Below, piece by piece: positions 45,090 through 58,259 of a DNA stretch of 64,000 bases. Origin of the DNA: an uncultured delta proteobacterium. GTDB taxonomy: Bacteria > Desulfobacterota > Desulfobacteria > Desulfobacterales > Desulfatirhabdiaceae. Location: contig CAWBKP010000024.1 of the NCBI GenBank assembly GCA_963789395.1, positions 96,001 to 160,000 on the forward strand. Reading direction: 5' to 3'. The notes under the pieces are model-generated. The model saw only the letters and a list, made by a program, of their open reading frames with translations, was not told the origin of the DNA and did not search any database. Position 1 is the first letter of the stretch, and each line of letters opens with the position of its first letter. Both the position numbers and the translations under genes were made by a program.

Positions 45090-45751
45090 TATGGCCTCTC
45101 CTTGTTTCCGAATTTTTCCCAGTAGACCAGATCTTCCAGCGGATACTTGGGCCGGGGATGTTTCCGGTCTTCTTTCGGCCACCCGATCGCTACATAGCAG
45201 ATGACTTTATACTCACTCATTCCGGTTGGAATATTCAAAATTTCCTTGAATTTGATGGCATCGCGGGTAGCGGCCACGGGTCCGTGCACCCAGCAGGCGC
45301 CAAGCCCCAGAGAATGGGCTTCGAGCAGTATATTTTCCGTTGCCGCCGACAGATCATACGGCACATCGACCGAGCCGACCTGGAGATTGCCGATAACTGC
45401 TATGATTACCGGTGCCTGTTTGCAGAATTCCGACACTTCACCCGAATACATGAACCGCAGAACCTCGGCGCGCTTGACCGGGTCCTGAATTTTTTCGAAC
45501 CGCTTCTGCATGGTGCCCAGACAATACCAGGCGGTCATCCGTTTCCCACTGCCGGCCCTCGAAAGATCGCCGATTTTATTCTTGGTCTCCTGATCCCGAA
45601 TGACAATAAAGCGCCAGGGCTGATAATTTTCTCCAGTAGGGGCCCATCTGGCCGCTTCCAGAATCTTATCGATCATTTCATCGGGGACGGGATCGGGTTT
45701 ATACCGCCTGATACTTTTCCGGCTGCTGATGATATCCAGAATATCTCTCAT
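45089..45751 (-). CDS. Nitroreductase family flavoprotein
   Basis: RKSIRRY, ARWAPTGENYQPWRF, ENILLEAHSLGLGACW. Confidence 0.92.
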   Translation of the reverse strand: MRDILDIISSRKSIRRYKPDPVPDEMIDKILEAARWAPTGENYQPWRFIVIRDQETKNKIGDLSRAGSGKRMTAWYCLGTMQKRFEKIQDPVKRAEVLRFMYSGEVSEFCKQAPVIIAVIGNLQVGSVDVPYDLSAATENILLEAHSLGLGACWVHGPVAATRDAIKFKEILNIPTGMSEYKVICYVAIGWPKEDRKHPRPKYPLEDLVYWEKFGNKERP

Positions 45752-45789
45752 GACATATCTCCTTAATCACAAATGCCCTTACTGAATCA

Positions 45790-46725
45790 TTATTTATCCA
45801 GCTTGAGTAATTTTTTGGCGTTTCCTCCCATAATCATTTCAATTTCTTTGGCGGAAAAATGAAACTCCGTTTCCGGTTCCGTAAAGGCTTTTACCCAATC
45901 TTTCAACGGGCACATCAGATTCGGGTACAGGGCAACGGTTGCAAACATGACTTTATCCGCGCCGGCAATGTCGATGACATCCCGAAGCCACTGGTAAAAA
46001 CGGGCTTTGGGCCATTTTTTGTAGGGTTTTTGCCACAAGGACAGATCCACATACACGTTTTTAAGCCATGCGGCCGCCTGAACGGCTTCCTGCCACCAGG
46101 CAAAATCGCCGCAGTGGGCAAAGATAAAATCGACTTCCGGATATCTGGCTGCCGCACTGGCAAAATAGGCAGGCCGCGAATTTTCCCATCGCAATGCGAC
46201 AGACGGCGCCCCGCCGGTGTGCACCATGATGGGGATGTTCCATTCGGCAGCTTTTTCGTAAACCCAGTAGCAGACCGGATCATCGGGCATGTATCCCACG
46301 CCGGCATGGAGCTTGAACCCTTTCATCCCCCATTCATGATAGGCCTGTTCGCAGTGTTTTAACGCGCCTTTGCGTCTGGGATCGATGGCGATGAACGGAA
46401 TAAACCGGCCCTCGTGCCTTCTGGCAGCATCCGCGTACATCTTGTTGGCTTCAAAAATGTGAACCGGCGGTTCGCCGAACAGCAGTCCGTAATCCACGCC
46501 AAAAGTGACGGATATATCCACGCCTGCCGCATCCATTTCTTCAATAATATTGTCTCCGGTCGGATCGACCCAGGGACGAACGACCTTGTCCGTAAAATCC
46601 CGATCCGATATTTCGATGCCGTGGGTTTTGCGGTACATCATTGCAAAGCTTTTCTGCGCGCCTTTGATATAGTCGCCCTGAACGGTCCCCTTGATTACCA
46701 TGTGCCGATGAACATCAATAATCAT
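45790..46725 (-). CDS. Amidohydrolase_2 family metal-dependent hydrolase/decarboxylase
   Basis: IIDVHRH, GFKLH, MVHTG, FAHCG, NVYVDLS, KVMFAT, GGNA. Confidence 0.9.
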   Translation of the reverse strand: MIIDVHRHMVIKGTVQGDYIKGAQKSFAMMYRKTHGIEISDRDFTDKVVRPWVDPTGDNIIEEMDAAGVDISVTFGVDYGLLFGEPPVHIFEANKMYADAARRHEGRFIPFIAIDPRRKGALKHCEQAYHEWGMKGFKLHAGVGYMPDDPVCYWVYEKAAEWNIPIMVHTGGAPSVALRWENSRPAYFASAAARYPEVDFIFAHCGDFAWWQEAVQAAAWLKNVYVDLSLWQKPYKKWPKARFYQWLRDVIDIAGADKVMFATVALYPNLMCPLKDWVKAFTEPETEFHFSAKEIEMIMGGNAKKLLKLDK

Positions 46726-46801
46726 CTTGAGCTGTCTCCTTGTTTTTGAGTGGTCTTCTTGAAATCTTTGATTGTGATTCGTGAATGGGAACCCGTGCCT
46801 C

Positions 46802-47202
46802 TCATCCCTCATCCATGATATGTTCAATATAGGTGATGATCTCTTTCAGCAGTGTTCCGGGCAGAAACACCTTCCGGACTCCCAGGTTCAGGAGCACCGG
46901 AATGTGAGGCTTCAGAATAATCCCGCCAACGACCACAGGCAGGTCCGGTCTGCCCGCAGTTGCAAGCTGCTGCATCACCTTGGGTACCAGTGCCAGATGA
47001 TCTCCGGAAAGAAAGCTGATGCCAAGGACATCCACATCTTCCTGAACGGCTGCATTTACGACCATGGGAATGCTTTGCCGGATTCCGTGTAGATGACTTC
47101 CATACCGGCATTTCTCAGTGCCCTGGCCACAATTTTGACGCCCCGGTCATGGCCATCCAGACCGATTTTGGCGACAAGAATGCGAATTCTCTGATTATCC
47201 AT
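46802..47202 (-). CDS. Acyl-CoA mutase small (cobalamin-binding) subunit (indel)
   Basis: [53 protein letters not shown]. Confidence 0.9.
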
Positions 47203-47226
47203 TTTTAAGCTCTCCACTTTTCAGGA

Positions 47227-48886
47227 CTAAATTGCGGTCTGGGCCGGGTATTCCCCGTATTTTTGTCGCATGATGCGGCAGATTTCACCCAACGTGGCAT
47301 AAGACTTCACCGCATCGATCAGAAATGCCATCAGATTTTCATCCCGATCGATGGCAGTGGCCAGGCGGTCCAGGCTGCGGTCCACATCCGAAGAATTCCG
47401 GCGGCGCTTCAAATCGGCAAGTTTGGCTTTCTGAATGTCTTCGACTTCGGAGTTGATCTCAAAAAGATCCTGTTCACCAGCATCATCTTTCTCAGGCATC
47501 TGATACCGGTTGAGTCCAACGATGATGCGTTCCCCGGAGTCTACCCGATTCTGAAAAGCCACGCTCGATTCCTGAATTTCCCGGCAGGCGAATCCGCTTT
47601 CTATGGCGCCCAGCATGCCGCCCATGGCATCGATTTTATTCAAGTAAGCATTGGCGCGCGCCTCAATTTCCGAGGTAAGGGATTCAACATAATAGGAGCC
47701 TGCAAGCGGATCGATGGTGTTGCATAGACCGCACTCATCTGCCAGAATCTGCTGCGTTCGCAGGGCGATTCGAGCCGAATCTTCGGAGGCAACGCAAAGC
47801 CCTCGTCCCAGCACGCGGTATGGATCGCCTGATGTCCGCCCAGAATACCCATCAGCGCATGCATGGTTACCCGAACGATATTGTTGATGGGCTGCTGCGC
47901 TACCAGCGTTGATCCGCAGGAGCCACTGAAGATGCGAAACAGGTAACTTTTTGGATTTTTAGCGTTAAAGCGCTCTTTCATCATCCGGGAGAACAGTCGG
48001 CGGGCTGCCCGATATTTGGCGACTTCCTCGAACAGATCCATGTAGCAGCCCAGGCTGTATGACAGTCGCGGGGCGAATGTATCCACGTCCAGACCCCGGG
48101 ACTGGGCTGCTTCGATGTATGCGATGGCATCTCCGATTGTAAATGCCAGTTCCTGGACGGCCGTTGCACCGGCTTCTCTGAAATGGTAGCCGGCAATATC
48201 CAGGGTATTCCACTGCGGAACATGTTTCATGCAGTATTCGACAATATCCAGTACCAGTTCAGGCTGGGTTTCGGCGGGAAAATGTAAGTGCCGCGGGCGA
48301 TGAATTCCTTTAAAATATCGTTCTGGGTGGTCCCTTTGAGTTCGTTCCGGGAGACGCCCTGTTTTTCGGCAACGGCGATATACAGGGCCAGCAGTATGGG
48401 GCTACGGCGTTGATGGTCATGGATGTCGATACGGTCTGAGAGGAATGTCTTTAAAGATGGTCTCCATATCCTCCAGGAATCTACCGCAACCGACTTTCCC
48501 GACCGCGCCTTCACAGATGGGGTCATCCGAGTCATAGCCGAGCTGAGTCGCCATATCAAATGCCATGGATAGTCCCACCATGCCCTGGTAAGAAGAAACC
48601 GGTATCTCTTATTGGTGTCTTCGGCCGTCCCAAACCCGCATAGTTGCGCATGGTCCAGTGCTGACCCCGATACATCGTGGGATATACGCCGCGGGTATAG
48701 GGGAATTCGCCTGGAAAACCGATATCCGCACAGTAATCCTGAGTTTGATTTCCAAAGGGGTGTACAGTCGTTTTACGGGGATACCGCTTTCAGTTGTAAA
48801 TATCTCCTGTCTTTCGGGATTCGATCCAATACTTTTTTGAGCGTTGTTTCTTCCCAGGCGGTTTTCTGTTTATTGATGTCTTCCAT
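47227..48886 (-). CDS. AdoCbl-dependent acyl-CoA mutase large subunit (MCM family, atypical active site; indels)
   Basis: [60 protein letters not shown]. Confidence 0.9.
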
Positions 48887-48990
48887 GGCAGGTGAGGCTC
48901 CTTACAAAAATGCGTCAGATCATGTTTTCGGCAAAAACATGGATGGTCCTGCTGAACGGTGTTTCCGAGACCAATTTTTTTTCATTTTAT

Positions 48991-49002
48991 ATTTAATTAA
49001 AT
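48991..49002. promoter_or_regulatory. Palindrome ATTTAATTAAAT overlapping the leftward promoter
   Basis: Perfect 12-bp palindrome within minus-strand TTGACA(49013-49018)-17 bp-TAAATA. Confidence 0.45.
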
Positions 49003-49170
49003 GTAAAACCGATGTCAAGATAATATTTTCATATCCGTTCAATATTAACAAAAATTCTTTATAATCATTATAAAATACTTTGATTATATGAAATATAAAA
49101 TTTATTAAAAACACTTGACAGCACCAAAATAATAAAATAATTTAAAATAAAAAATATTTAAAAACGCATT

Positions 49171-49182
49171 ATTTAATTAAAT
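49171..49182. promoter_or_regulatory. Second ATTTAATTAAAT palindrome downstream of the rightward promoter
   Basis: Identical 12-mer; TTGACA at 49115-49120 upstream; 24 nt before the epimerase ATG. Confidence 0.45.
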
Positions 49183-49205
49183 TGGACATCTTACAGGGGA
49201 TAATT

Positions 49206-49611
49206 ATGATCAGGCGGATTCATCATATTGGAATTGCCGTAGCGGATCTGGAGGGGGCCAGGGGTTTTTGAAAAAATATTTTGCCTGTCTTCAACGGATG
49301 CCGAGATTTTTGGAGAGCTTAATTTTTCTTTTATTCCCCTTGACGGAACCAATCTGGAACTGCTTCATTCCACAACACCCCAGGGCGTCATCCAGAAATT
49401 CATCCAGAAAAAAGGTCAGGGCGTCCATCACCTGACATTTGAAGTAGATGACATCCAAGCGGAACTCAACCGCCTCAAGGCTTCCGGTATAAGCCTCATC
49501 AATGAAGCCCCCTACCGCAACGCCCATGATGAACTGGTTGCCTTTTTACATCCCAAAAGCACGTATGGTGTTCTGATCGAGCTGATTCAGGGGAAATCCG
49601 GCACTTCCTGA
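49206..49611 (+). CDS. mce: Methylmalonyl-CoA epimerase family (VOC) protein (indels; absent from the ORF track)
   Basis: MIRRIHHIGIAVADL, NLELL, KFIQKKGQGVHHLTFEVDDI, AFLHPKSTYGVLIEL. Confidence 0.85.
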
Positions 49612-49646
49612 CCACAAAAGCCGTTTATGATCAAAGCAAGGGGGAA

Positions 49647-51210
49647 ATGATGATACCGAAAACATGGGATCTCGAACTGCTCAAGCTTAAGACCAGGGAA
49701 GAAGAGGCATTTCAGGGAGGCGGCGCGGAGGCTCGCCAGCAGCACTTGCGTAATAAAGGCATGATGACGGTCCGTGAAAAAATTGAGTATTCTTGACACC
49801 GGCAGTTTTGTTGAATTGAACATGCTGGCGGAACATCAGTGCCATGATTTCGCAATGGAGAAGAAGAAATTCCCGGGCGATGGTGTGGTTACCGGCCATG
49901 GTAAGATCGATGGCCGAAACGTGTTTATTTTTTCTGAAGATACGACTGTTCTGGGCGGTTCGACCGGAAAAATTCACGGGGCAAAAATCCATTATATTCT
50001 CCGGCTGGCCAGGGAAACATTGACGCCGGTCATTTGCCTGTATGCATCTGCCGGCGCACGGATTCAGGAAGGCATGGATAATGTCTACGGCATCACCGGC
50101 ATGTTTTATCAGAACGCCTTCAACTCCGGCATCGTTCCTCATATTGCCGCCATCATGGGGGCCTGCACCGGCGGAGCGGCCTATTCGGCTGCGCTCTGCG
50201 ATTTTATTTTTCAGGTCAAGAACACATCCCATGTTTTTATTACGGGCCCGGCGGTGATACGGGAAGTTACCGGAGAAACCGTGAGTTTCGAAGACTTGGG
50301 CGGCGCTACGGTTCACAGCACCAAATCCGGCGTGGTCCATCGGACCGCAGAGACAGACCGCGACTGCCTGGATCAGATCAAGCAGCTTTTTTCCTATCTT
50401 CCCGGAAAACAACACCAGAAAACCAGCCTGCCGCAAAAACAGCGATCCGCTTGACCGTGAAATTCCCCAATGACGGAGATCGTCCCCATTGCCATGAATA
50501 AAACCTATAATATGAAACTGGTGATCCAGGCGATTGTGGATAAATCGGAATTTTTTGAAATTCAGCCGGATTTTGCCGCGAACATCGTTGTCGGTTTCGC
50601 CCGTCTGGGGGGCGGGGGAATCGGGATCGTGGCCAACAATCCCGGGGTGATGGGCGGGTGTCTGGACATCGATGCATCTGACAAGGCCGCACGGTTTATC
50701 CGAACCTGTGACGCGTTTAATATCCCCGTCATATCGCTGGTGGATGTTCCCGGATTCATGCCCGGCCTGGATCAGGAACATAATGGTATTATCCGGCATG
50801 GCGCAAAAATGCTGTATGCCTTGAGCACGAAGCCAGCGACCAAAATTTAATATGCTGCTGAAAAATGTACGGCGGATCCATTCCGGCGATGGGTGTTCAT
50901 GAAATCGGCTTTGACCAGGTTTTTGCATGGCCGTCCGCCGAGATGCAGATGGTGGGAGCGGTGCCATCGGTAAAAATACTGTATCGCCGTGAACTGGAAA
51001 AAGCGGAAAACGCAAATCAGCTTTTTGAACAGAAAATTCGGGAATATCAGGAAACGTATCTGACGCCGTACCACTCGGCATCCCGATCATCATCAATGAA
51101 CGGGTATGACGCCAAGGATGACGAGCGTCCGGGCTAAAAAGTGCGCGCTGAGTTTCTGGAAAGCAAGGTGACGGGGCCAACAGTCTCGCAAACATGGCAA
51201 CATCCCATTG
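49647..51210 (+). CDS. Acyl-CoA carboxylase/decarboxylase carboxyltransferase subunit (PccB/MmdA-like; indels)
   Basis: PGDGVVTG, SAGARIQEG, ACTGGAAYS, DKAARFIRTCDAFNIP, DVPGFMPG, KHGNIPL. Confidence 0.9.
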
Positions 51211-51267
51211 CATACGAAAGAGAAGGTTTTACGCTCAAAATATAATCTTACTGGTTTTGGAGGATAT

Positions 51268-52562
<1,295 letters not shown>

Positions 52563-52570
52563 GGAAATCA

Positions 52571-53437
52571 ATGGACATCAAACATATTGCTGTTATCGGC
52601 GCCGGCGTAATGGGCAGCGGTGTGGCACAGGTCAGTGCCTGTGCCGGATATACCGTTGTGGTGCAGGATGTCAGTGACCAGGCCCTGACCAAAGCCCAAG
52701 CTGCAATTTCATTCAGTCTGGGGAAATTGACGGAAAAAGGCAAGCTCACCCGTGAGCAGGCAGATACCGCCATTGGGAACATCACCTTTGTGACGGATGT
52801 AAAACCTGCGGTTGAACAGGCCGATCTGTTGATTGTTAAAGTTTGCCAGTATTTTGAAAGCCTGGCCATAAAGCATGTGATCTTTAAAGAACTTCGATGA
52901 GCTGGCCGGCCGGAGACGATTTTTCCCTCGAACACTTCGGCGATTCCCATCACCGAAATCGCATCCGTGACCCGGCGGGGAGAGCAGTTTGTGGGAATCC
53001 ATTTTATGAAATTCCGGGTCCCTTGATGAAGGGGGTGGGATCATCCCCGGTCAACTGACTTCTCCGGCCACGCTGGATGCCGCCAAATCCTATGTGCGGC
53101 AGCGGAGTAAGGAGCCGATTGAAGCCGTGGATTACGCCGGTTTTATCGTAAGCAGGCTGCTGGATGTCCTGATGAACGAGGCGGTCAAACTGGTCGAGGA
53201 AGGAAACCTTCCGGAAGATATCGACAAGGCAATGGAGTTGTGCGCGGGGCACCCCATGGGACCCTGCCGGCTGCTGGATCTGGTGGGCGCCGAGATTGCC
53301 ATGCACGGAATGGAAACCATGACGCGGGATTTCGGGGACCGCTACAAACCCCATCCGCTTTTGAAAAAGCGAGTCTGCCGGACTGCTGGGTAAAAAAACC
53401 GGCGAGGGGCTTATTACGATTCTTGTCGGGGCGATAG
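52571..53437 (+). CDS. 3-hydroxyacyl-CoA dehydrogenase (Hbd-like; indels)
   Basis: IAVIGAGVMGSGVAQ, SNTSAIPIT, GIHF, GFIVSRLL, GHPMGP..LLDLVG. Confidence 0.9.
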
Positions 53438-53484
53438 GATGTCTTTCGGCCTGTTACCAGACATGACAGCATACAGGAGAATGA

Positions 53485-54261
53485 ATGGGAACGCTCAATC
53501 TTTTTGATTTAAGCGGCAAGGTTTCCATGGTTTCCGGTGGCGGGGACGGCATTGGCCGGGCCATGGCCCTGGCACTGGCGGAAGCCGGTTCCAATGTGGT
53601 TGTTTTTTCAAGGCGGGGAAAAGAAAAATGCGAGGAAGTTGCTCAGGGAAATCACGGCCATGGATGGGGACCATGGCCTTCGGGTGCTGATGTATCGAAA
53701 GCCAGGACATCGAACCGGTAATTCGGCAGACACTGGCCGAATTTCATCAGATTGATATCCTGGTCAACAATTCCGGCCGGACATGGGGAGCGTCTCCGGA
53801 AAACATCCGGTTCGAGGACTGGCGGAAAGTCATTGATCTGAATATCAACGGCACATTTCAATGCACCCATGCCGTGGTTCAGGAGATGATCAAACGGCAG
53901 CAGGGAAAAATCATCAATATTTCCTCCTATTCCGGTTCAAGGGGGACGGATCCGGTCTATTTTGACGCCATCCCCTACAATACATCCAAAGGGGCGATCA
54001 ATACATTCACCCAGGATCTTAGCGGTCAAATGGGCCAGACATCATATTACGGTCAATGCGATTGCACCCGGCTGGTTTCCGACAAAAATGACACTTGGGA
54101 CATTTGAACAGCATGGAGAAAAGCTCTTGGCACGGATACCGATGAACCGATACGGTCAAATGGCCGACCTGATGGGGGTGGTGGTATTTCTGGCCTCAAG
54201 GGCATCCGATTATATTACCGGCCAGATCATCGCTGTAGATGGCGGTTTGACCGCCTGGTAA
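53485..54261 (+). CDS. SDR oxidoreductase (gluconate 5-dehydrogenase-like subgroup; indels)
   Basis: SGGGDGIG, DILVNNSG.TWG, YNTSK, VNAIAPGWFPTKM, VDGG. Confidence 0.88.
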
Positions 54262-54373
54262 CCATCCATATCGGGAACTGTCCATGGCGATGCGTCGTGC
54301 TTGAATGGTAACATCGATCAAAACCGAATATTGAGTGGGACGATGGCGCAACAAAAATCCAGGAGTGAAACAG

Positions 54374-56165
54374 ATGGCGGATACACAAGCGGGTGGACAG
54401 TTCATGACAGGGTCGGCCGCGTGGGAAGACACGTTTATTCCCGAGGATTTTACCCGTGAACATAAAGCGATTGCCAAAACAGTCAGGGAATTTGTTGCCG
54501 GCGAAATTCAAAGCCGGGGGGATGACATTGAACATGTCAACAATGAACTGAGCCGGGAACTGATGGAAAAAGCAGGTGAACTGGGACTTCTGTCCGCCGA
54601 TATTCCGGAAGAATACGATGGCATGGCCCTGGATAAAATCAGTTCGCTGATCATTTCAGACGGACTCGGGCAGGGCGCCGGGTCCTTTCCCGTCCGGCGG
54701 AGTTGATCCGCGCCGGCATCGGTACGCTGCCCCTGGCCTTTTTTGGAACCCCGGATCAGCAGGAAAAATATCTGGCAGGGCTTTCTACCGGCAAGCTGAT
54801 CGGCGCCTTCGGGTTGACCGAACCGGATGCGGGTTGGGATGCCCTGAACGCACGAACGACCGCGGTACTCGGTCAGACGGCGGACGTTATTGCTGAAACA
54901 AAACAAGGCGTTTATTACCAATGCCGGATTTTGCCGGGGATTACTGATTTTCACGTTCGCCAAAGTCGATGGAACAGCCTTTACGGCCTTTATCGTGGAA
55001 TTTGCATCTGAAGGCCTTACCGTGGATGCCGAAGAAGTAAAGATGGGAATGAAAGGCACATCGACCCGCAGCGTCATTTTCAATAACATAAAAATGCCGG
55101 TGAAAATGTTCTGGGAGAAGTGGGCAAAGGCCATGTGGTGGCGTTGAACGCGTTGAATATGGGCCGATTCAAAGTCGGGGCGGTATTAGTGGGAAATGCC
55201 CGGGGAACCTTTAATGAGGCCGTAAAATATGCCGTGAAGCGGGTTCAGTTTGGACGGCCGATCTGTGATTTCGGTCTGATTTCCGAAAAAATTGCAGTCA
55301 TGGTCAGCCGGTTGTTTGCGGGTGAAAGCATGATGTATCGGACGGCCCATTGGATGGATCGGATGATCAAAACCGCAAATCCGGCTCCGGATGCAATCGG
55401 ACGCGTTCCCGCCGCCGCACTGGAGGATGCCTGATTGAATGCTCGATAATGAAAGTGTTCGGCTCAGAGATGCTGGGTTTTGTGGCGGATGAATCCGTTC
55501 AGATTTTTGGCGGATACGGGTATATTTACGAAAATCCGGCAGAACTTTCATTTCGTAATGCCCGCATCAACCGCATCTGGGAAGGGACCAACGAGATCAA
55601 CCGGATAACGATTATCGGCACGTTTTTAAGGCGGATATCCAGCGGCCGACTGAAACCGGAGACGAACAGCCTGCAACCGTTTCAGATTCTGGAAGGATTG
55701 AAGCCTGTATCTGTCGATGATCCCGAGACCCTGATCGTGCAGGAAACCATGCTGTCTATCGCCAGGTCGGTTGCCTGCTGCCTGATTTCGGCCGCCGGCA
55801 ACCGGTATCAGGGGGATTTGCGGCCGCACCAGGAAGTTGCCGGGATCCTCAGCGACATGATCGTTGAAATTTATGCCTGCGAAAGTGCGTATCTCCGGGC
55901 ATGTAAACTGGCGGCGAATAAAAAAGAATCCAATCAGAAGCCGGCCCTGCTGATTGCAAAAGTGCTCTGCGTCAGACTCTTTGACACACTGAGATCCCTG
56001 GCGGTCCGGGTATTGCCGGCAATCATCGATTCCGGTGAGTTTTCAGCACGGTTGGCTCTGTTTGATTCTCTTTTGATGCCGCCGTCAATCGATACCATAG
56101 CCATGAACCGCAGCATTGCCTAATTCTCAGTCAAGAAAAAAGGTTATCCGTTTAAAATCATGTAA
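54374..56165 (+). CDS. Acyl-CoA dehydrogenase, long (about 590 aa) type; indels and one in-frame TAA at 56121
   Basis: FIPEDFT.EH, AFGLTEP, KMGMKGTST, RVQFGRPI, VQIFGGYGY, RINRIWEGTNEINR. Confidence 0.9.
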
Positions 56166-56192
56166 GGATTGAACCGTGAAAGGAAAGAAATT

Positions 56193-58240
56193 ATGAATAC
56201 CCTGGACAGACTGTTTCAACCCAAATCATTTGCCGTTGTCGGGGCTTCGAATAACGAGGACAAGGTCGGCTATCATCTGGTTTATGCACTGCGAAATTTT
56301 CCCGGAAAACTGTATCCGATCAACCCCAAGGAAGCCGAAGTCCAGGGGCTGAAAGCCTATCCGAATCTGGCTTCAATCGGGCATCCTGTGGATATCGCGG
56401 CATTATGTATCCCGGCCAAAGCCTGTCTGGGCGCCATCAAGGAATGCGGAGAGGCGGGCGTTGGTGTTGTCTTTATTGCGGGCGGCGGTTTCGGTGAGGC
56501 GGATGAACAGGGAAAGAGTCTGCAGAATCAGGTGGTTGGAGCCTATCGTCAATACGGTGTCCGTCTTCTTGGCCCCAATACCTCCGGGTTCGTGAATCCG
56601 GCCATGGGACTTACGGCCAATTTTAATCCGCTGGTCAGCAATTTCAAGGCCGGCAATGTGGCTGTTGTATCGCAAAGTGGGGCAGTCAGCGTGGTGATCG
56701 GCACCGTGATTCAGTCCAACCGGCTGGGGGTCAGCATTGGCGTGGGGCTCGGGAATGCGCCGGATCTGGCGGTTCCTGAGGTTTTGGAATATCTTGCGGA
56801 TCACGAAACCACCAAAGCCATAGCGGTCTATCTGGAAGGCATCACGGACGGTCGCCGGCTGTATGAGGCCATTTATAAAACCACACAGAAAAAACCCGTG
56901 GTGGTTTTTACCGTCGGGCAGGCGGCGGACATCGGCGATTTCCAGCATGCCGCACCGGAAAATTGATCGGATCTTTTGCACTGAAAAAAGCTGCCATGAT
57001 CCAGGCCGGTGCCGTAGTGGTCTCCTCCAGCAACGATCTGATCGATGCCGCTCATGCCCTTTCCAAGGTAGACTCTGCCCGAAAGAAAATCCCGGAGTCG
57101 GCGTATTCAGCCGGTCAGGCCGGGCCCGCCATGATCATGACCGATTATCTGCGCCTTCGCTCGGTCAGTATTCCCGAGCTGAAGCCCGAGACGGTCGAAC
57201 GGATTGCTAAGGTGCTGCCGATAAAAACCTACATCAAAAATCCGGTCGATACGGCCCGCCCCTTTCACCATATTTTCTGGAAGCGCTTCAGATCATTGCC
57301 GAAGATCCCGATATTTCGATATTCTGGCCACCTATGCCATGCATGAACCCATGTGCGTGGAACCGGTTCCGCTGTATCGGACCATGAAGTCCCGTACCTG
57401 TAAACCCATGTTGTTTGCGACCTCCGGTCTGCCTGAAGATCTGGCCCCCATCCTTTGGGATCTGGAGTCCATGGATATCCCGGCATTCGTTTCTCCGGAC
57501 CGCACGGCAGTGGCCACCTGGGCGCTGGTAGAAGATGCCAAGGCCGCATATCGAAAAACCAGGCTGCCTGACGCAACGGACGATGCACGGGGAGTCGCGC
57601 CGCTGACCCAGTCTCCAAATGAAGCAGAAGCCAAGGCCATTTTGGCGAAACTGAATATTCCGGTCCCGCGGAATGCCGTTTGCAGCACGCATGCGGCGGA
57701 TCTGGATGCGTTTTCGAAACTGAACAAGCCCTGCGCATTAAAAATTCTGTCTGCTGCAGTCACCCACAAAACCGAAGTGGGAGGCGTTCACCTGAATATC
57801 GATCACCGAAGCGCTGCAGGCTGCCTTGAAGAAAATTGATGCCATTGATGCAGCCGGCGAAAAAGGATACCTGCTGGAAGAAATGGCAGCCAAAGAGATA
57901 GAAATGTATTGTCGGCGCTAAAAATAACCGTATTTCGGCCCGACGGTCATGATCGGTCTGGGAGGAACCGCAGCAGAGGCGCTGGGCGATGTCAGTATGC
58001 GTCTGGCCCCGTTGAACAAAGCGGACGCCCTGGATATGATCGGTGAATTGAAAAACAAAGGCATTGTTTGATGCCTGGCGGGGGGGCCCGGTCTATGACA
58101 GGGATGCGGTGGCCCGGACGCTGGTAACAATCGGGAACCTGGTGGCCCAGCATCCGGAAATGAGGGAAATGGACCTGAACCCGGTACGGGTGTATGAAAC
58201 CGGGATTCTGGTGCTGGATGCGCTGATGGTCTGCGGTTAG
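56193..58240 (+). CDS. NDP-forming acyl-CoA synthetase (acetate-CoA ligase family, alpha-beta fusion; indels)
   Basis: PKSFAVVGAS, LGPNTSG, SQSG, YLEG, NPVD, HKTEVGGV, FGPTVMIGLGG, EMDLNP. Confidence 0.9.
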
Positions 58241-58259
58241 GGCAGGGGGGGCTGGATTT

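Noticed and set aside
49687..51213. 508-aa minus-strand ORF
   Set aside because: Antisense shadow of the carboxyltransferase gene
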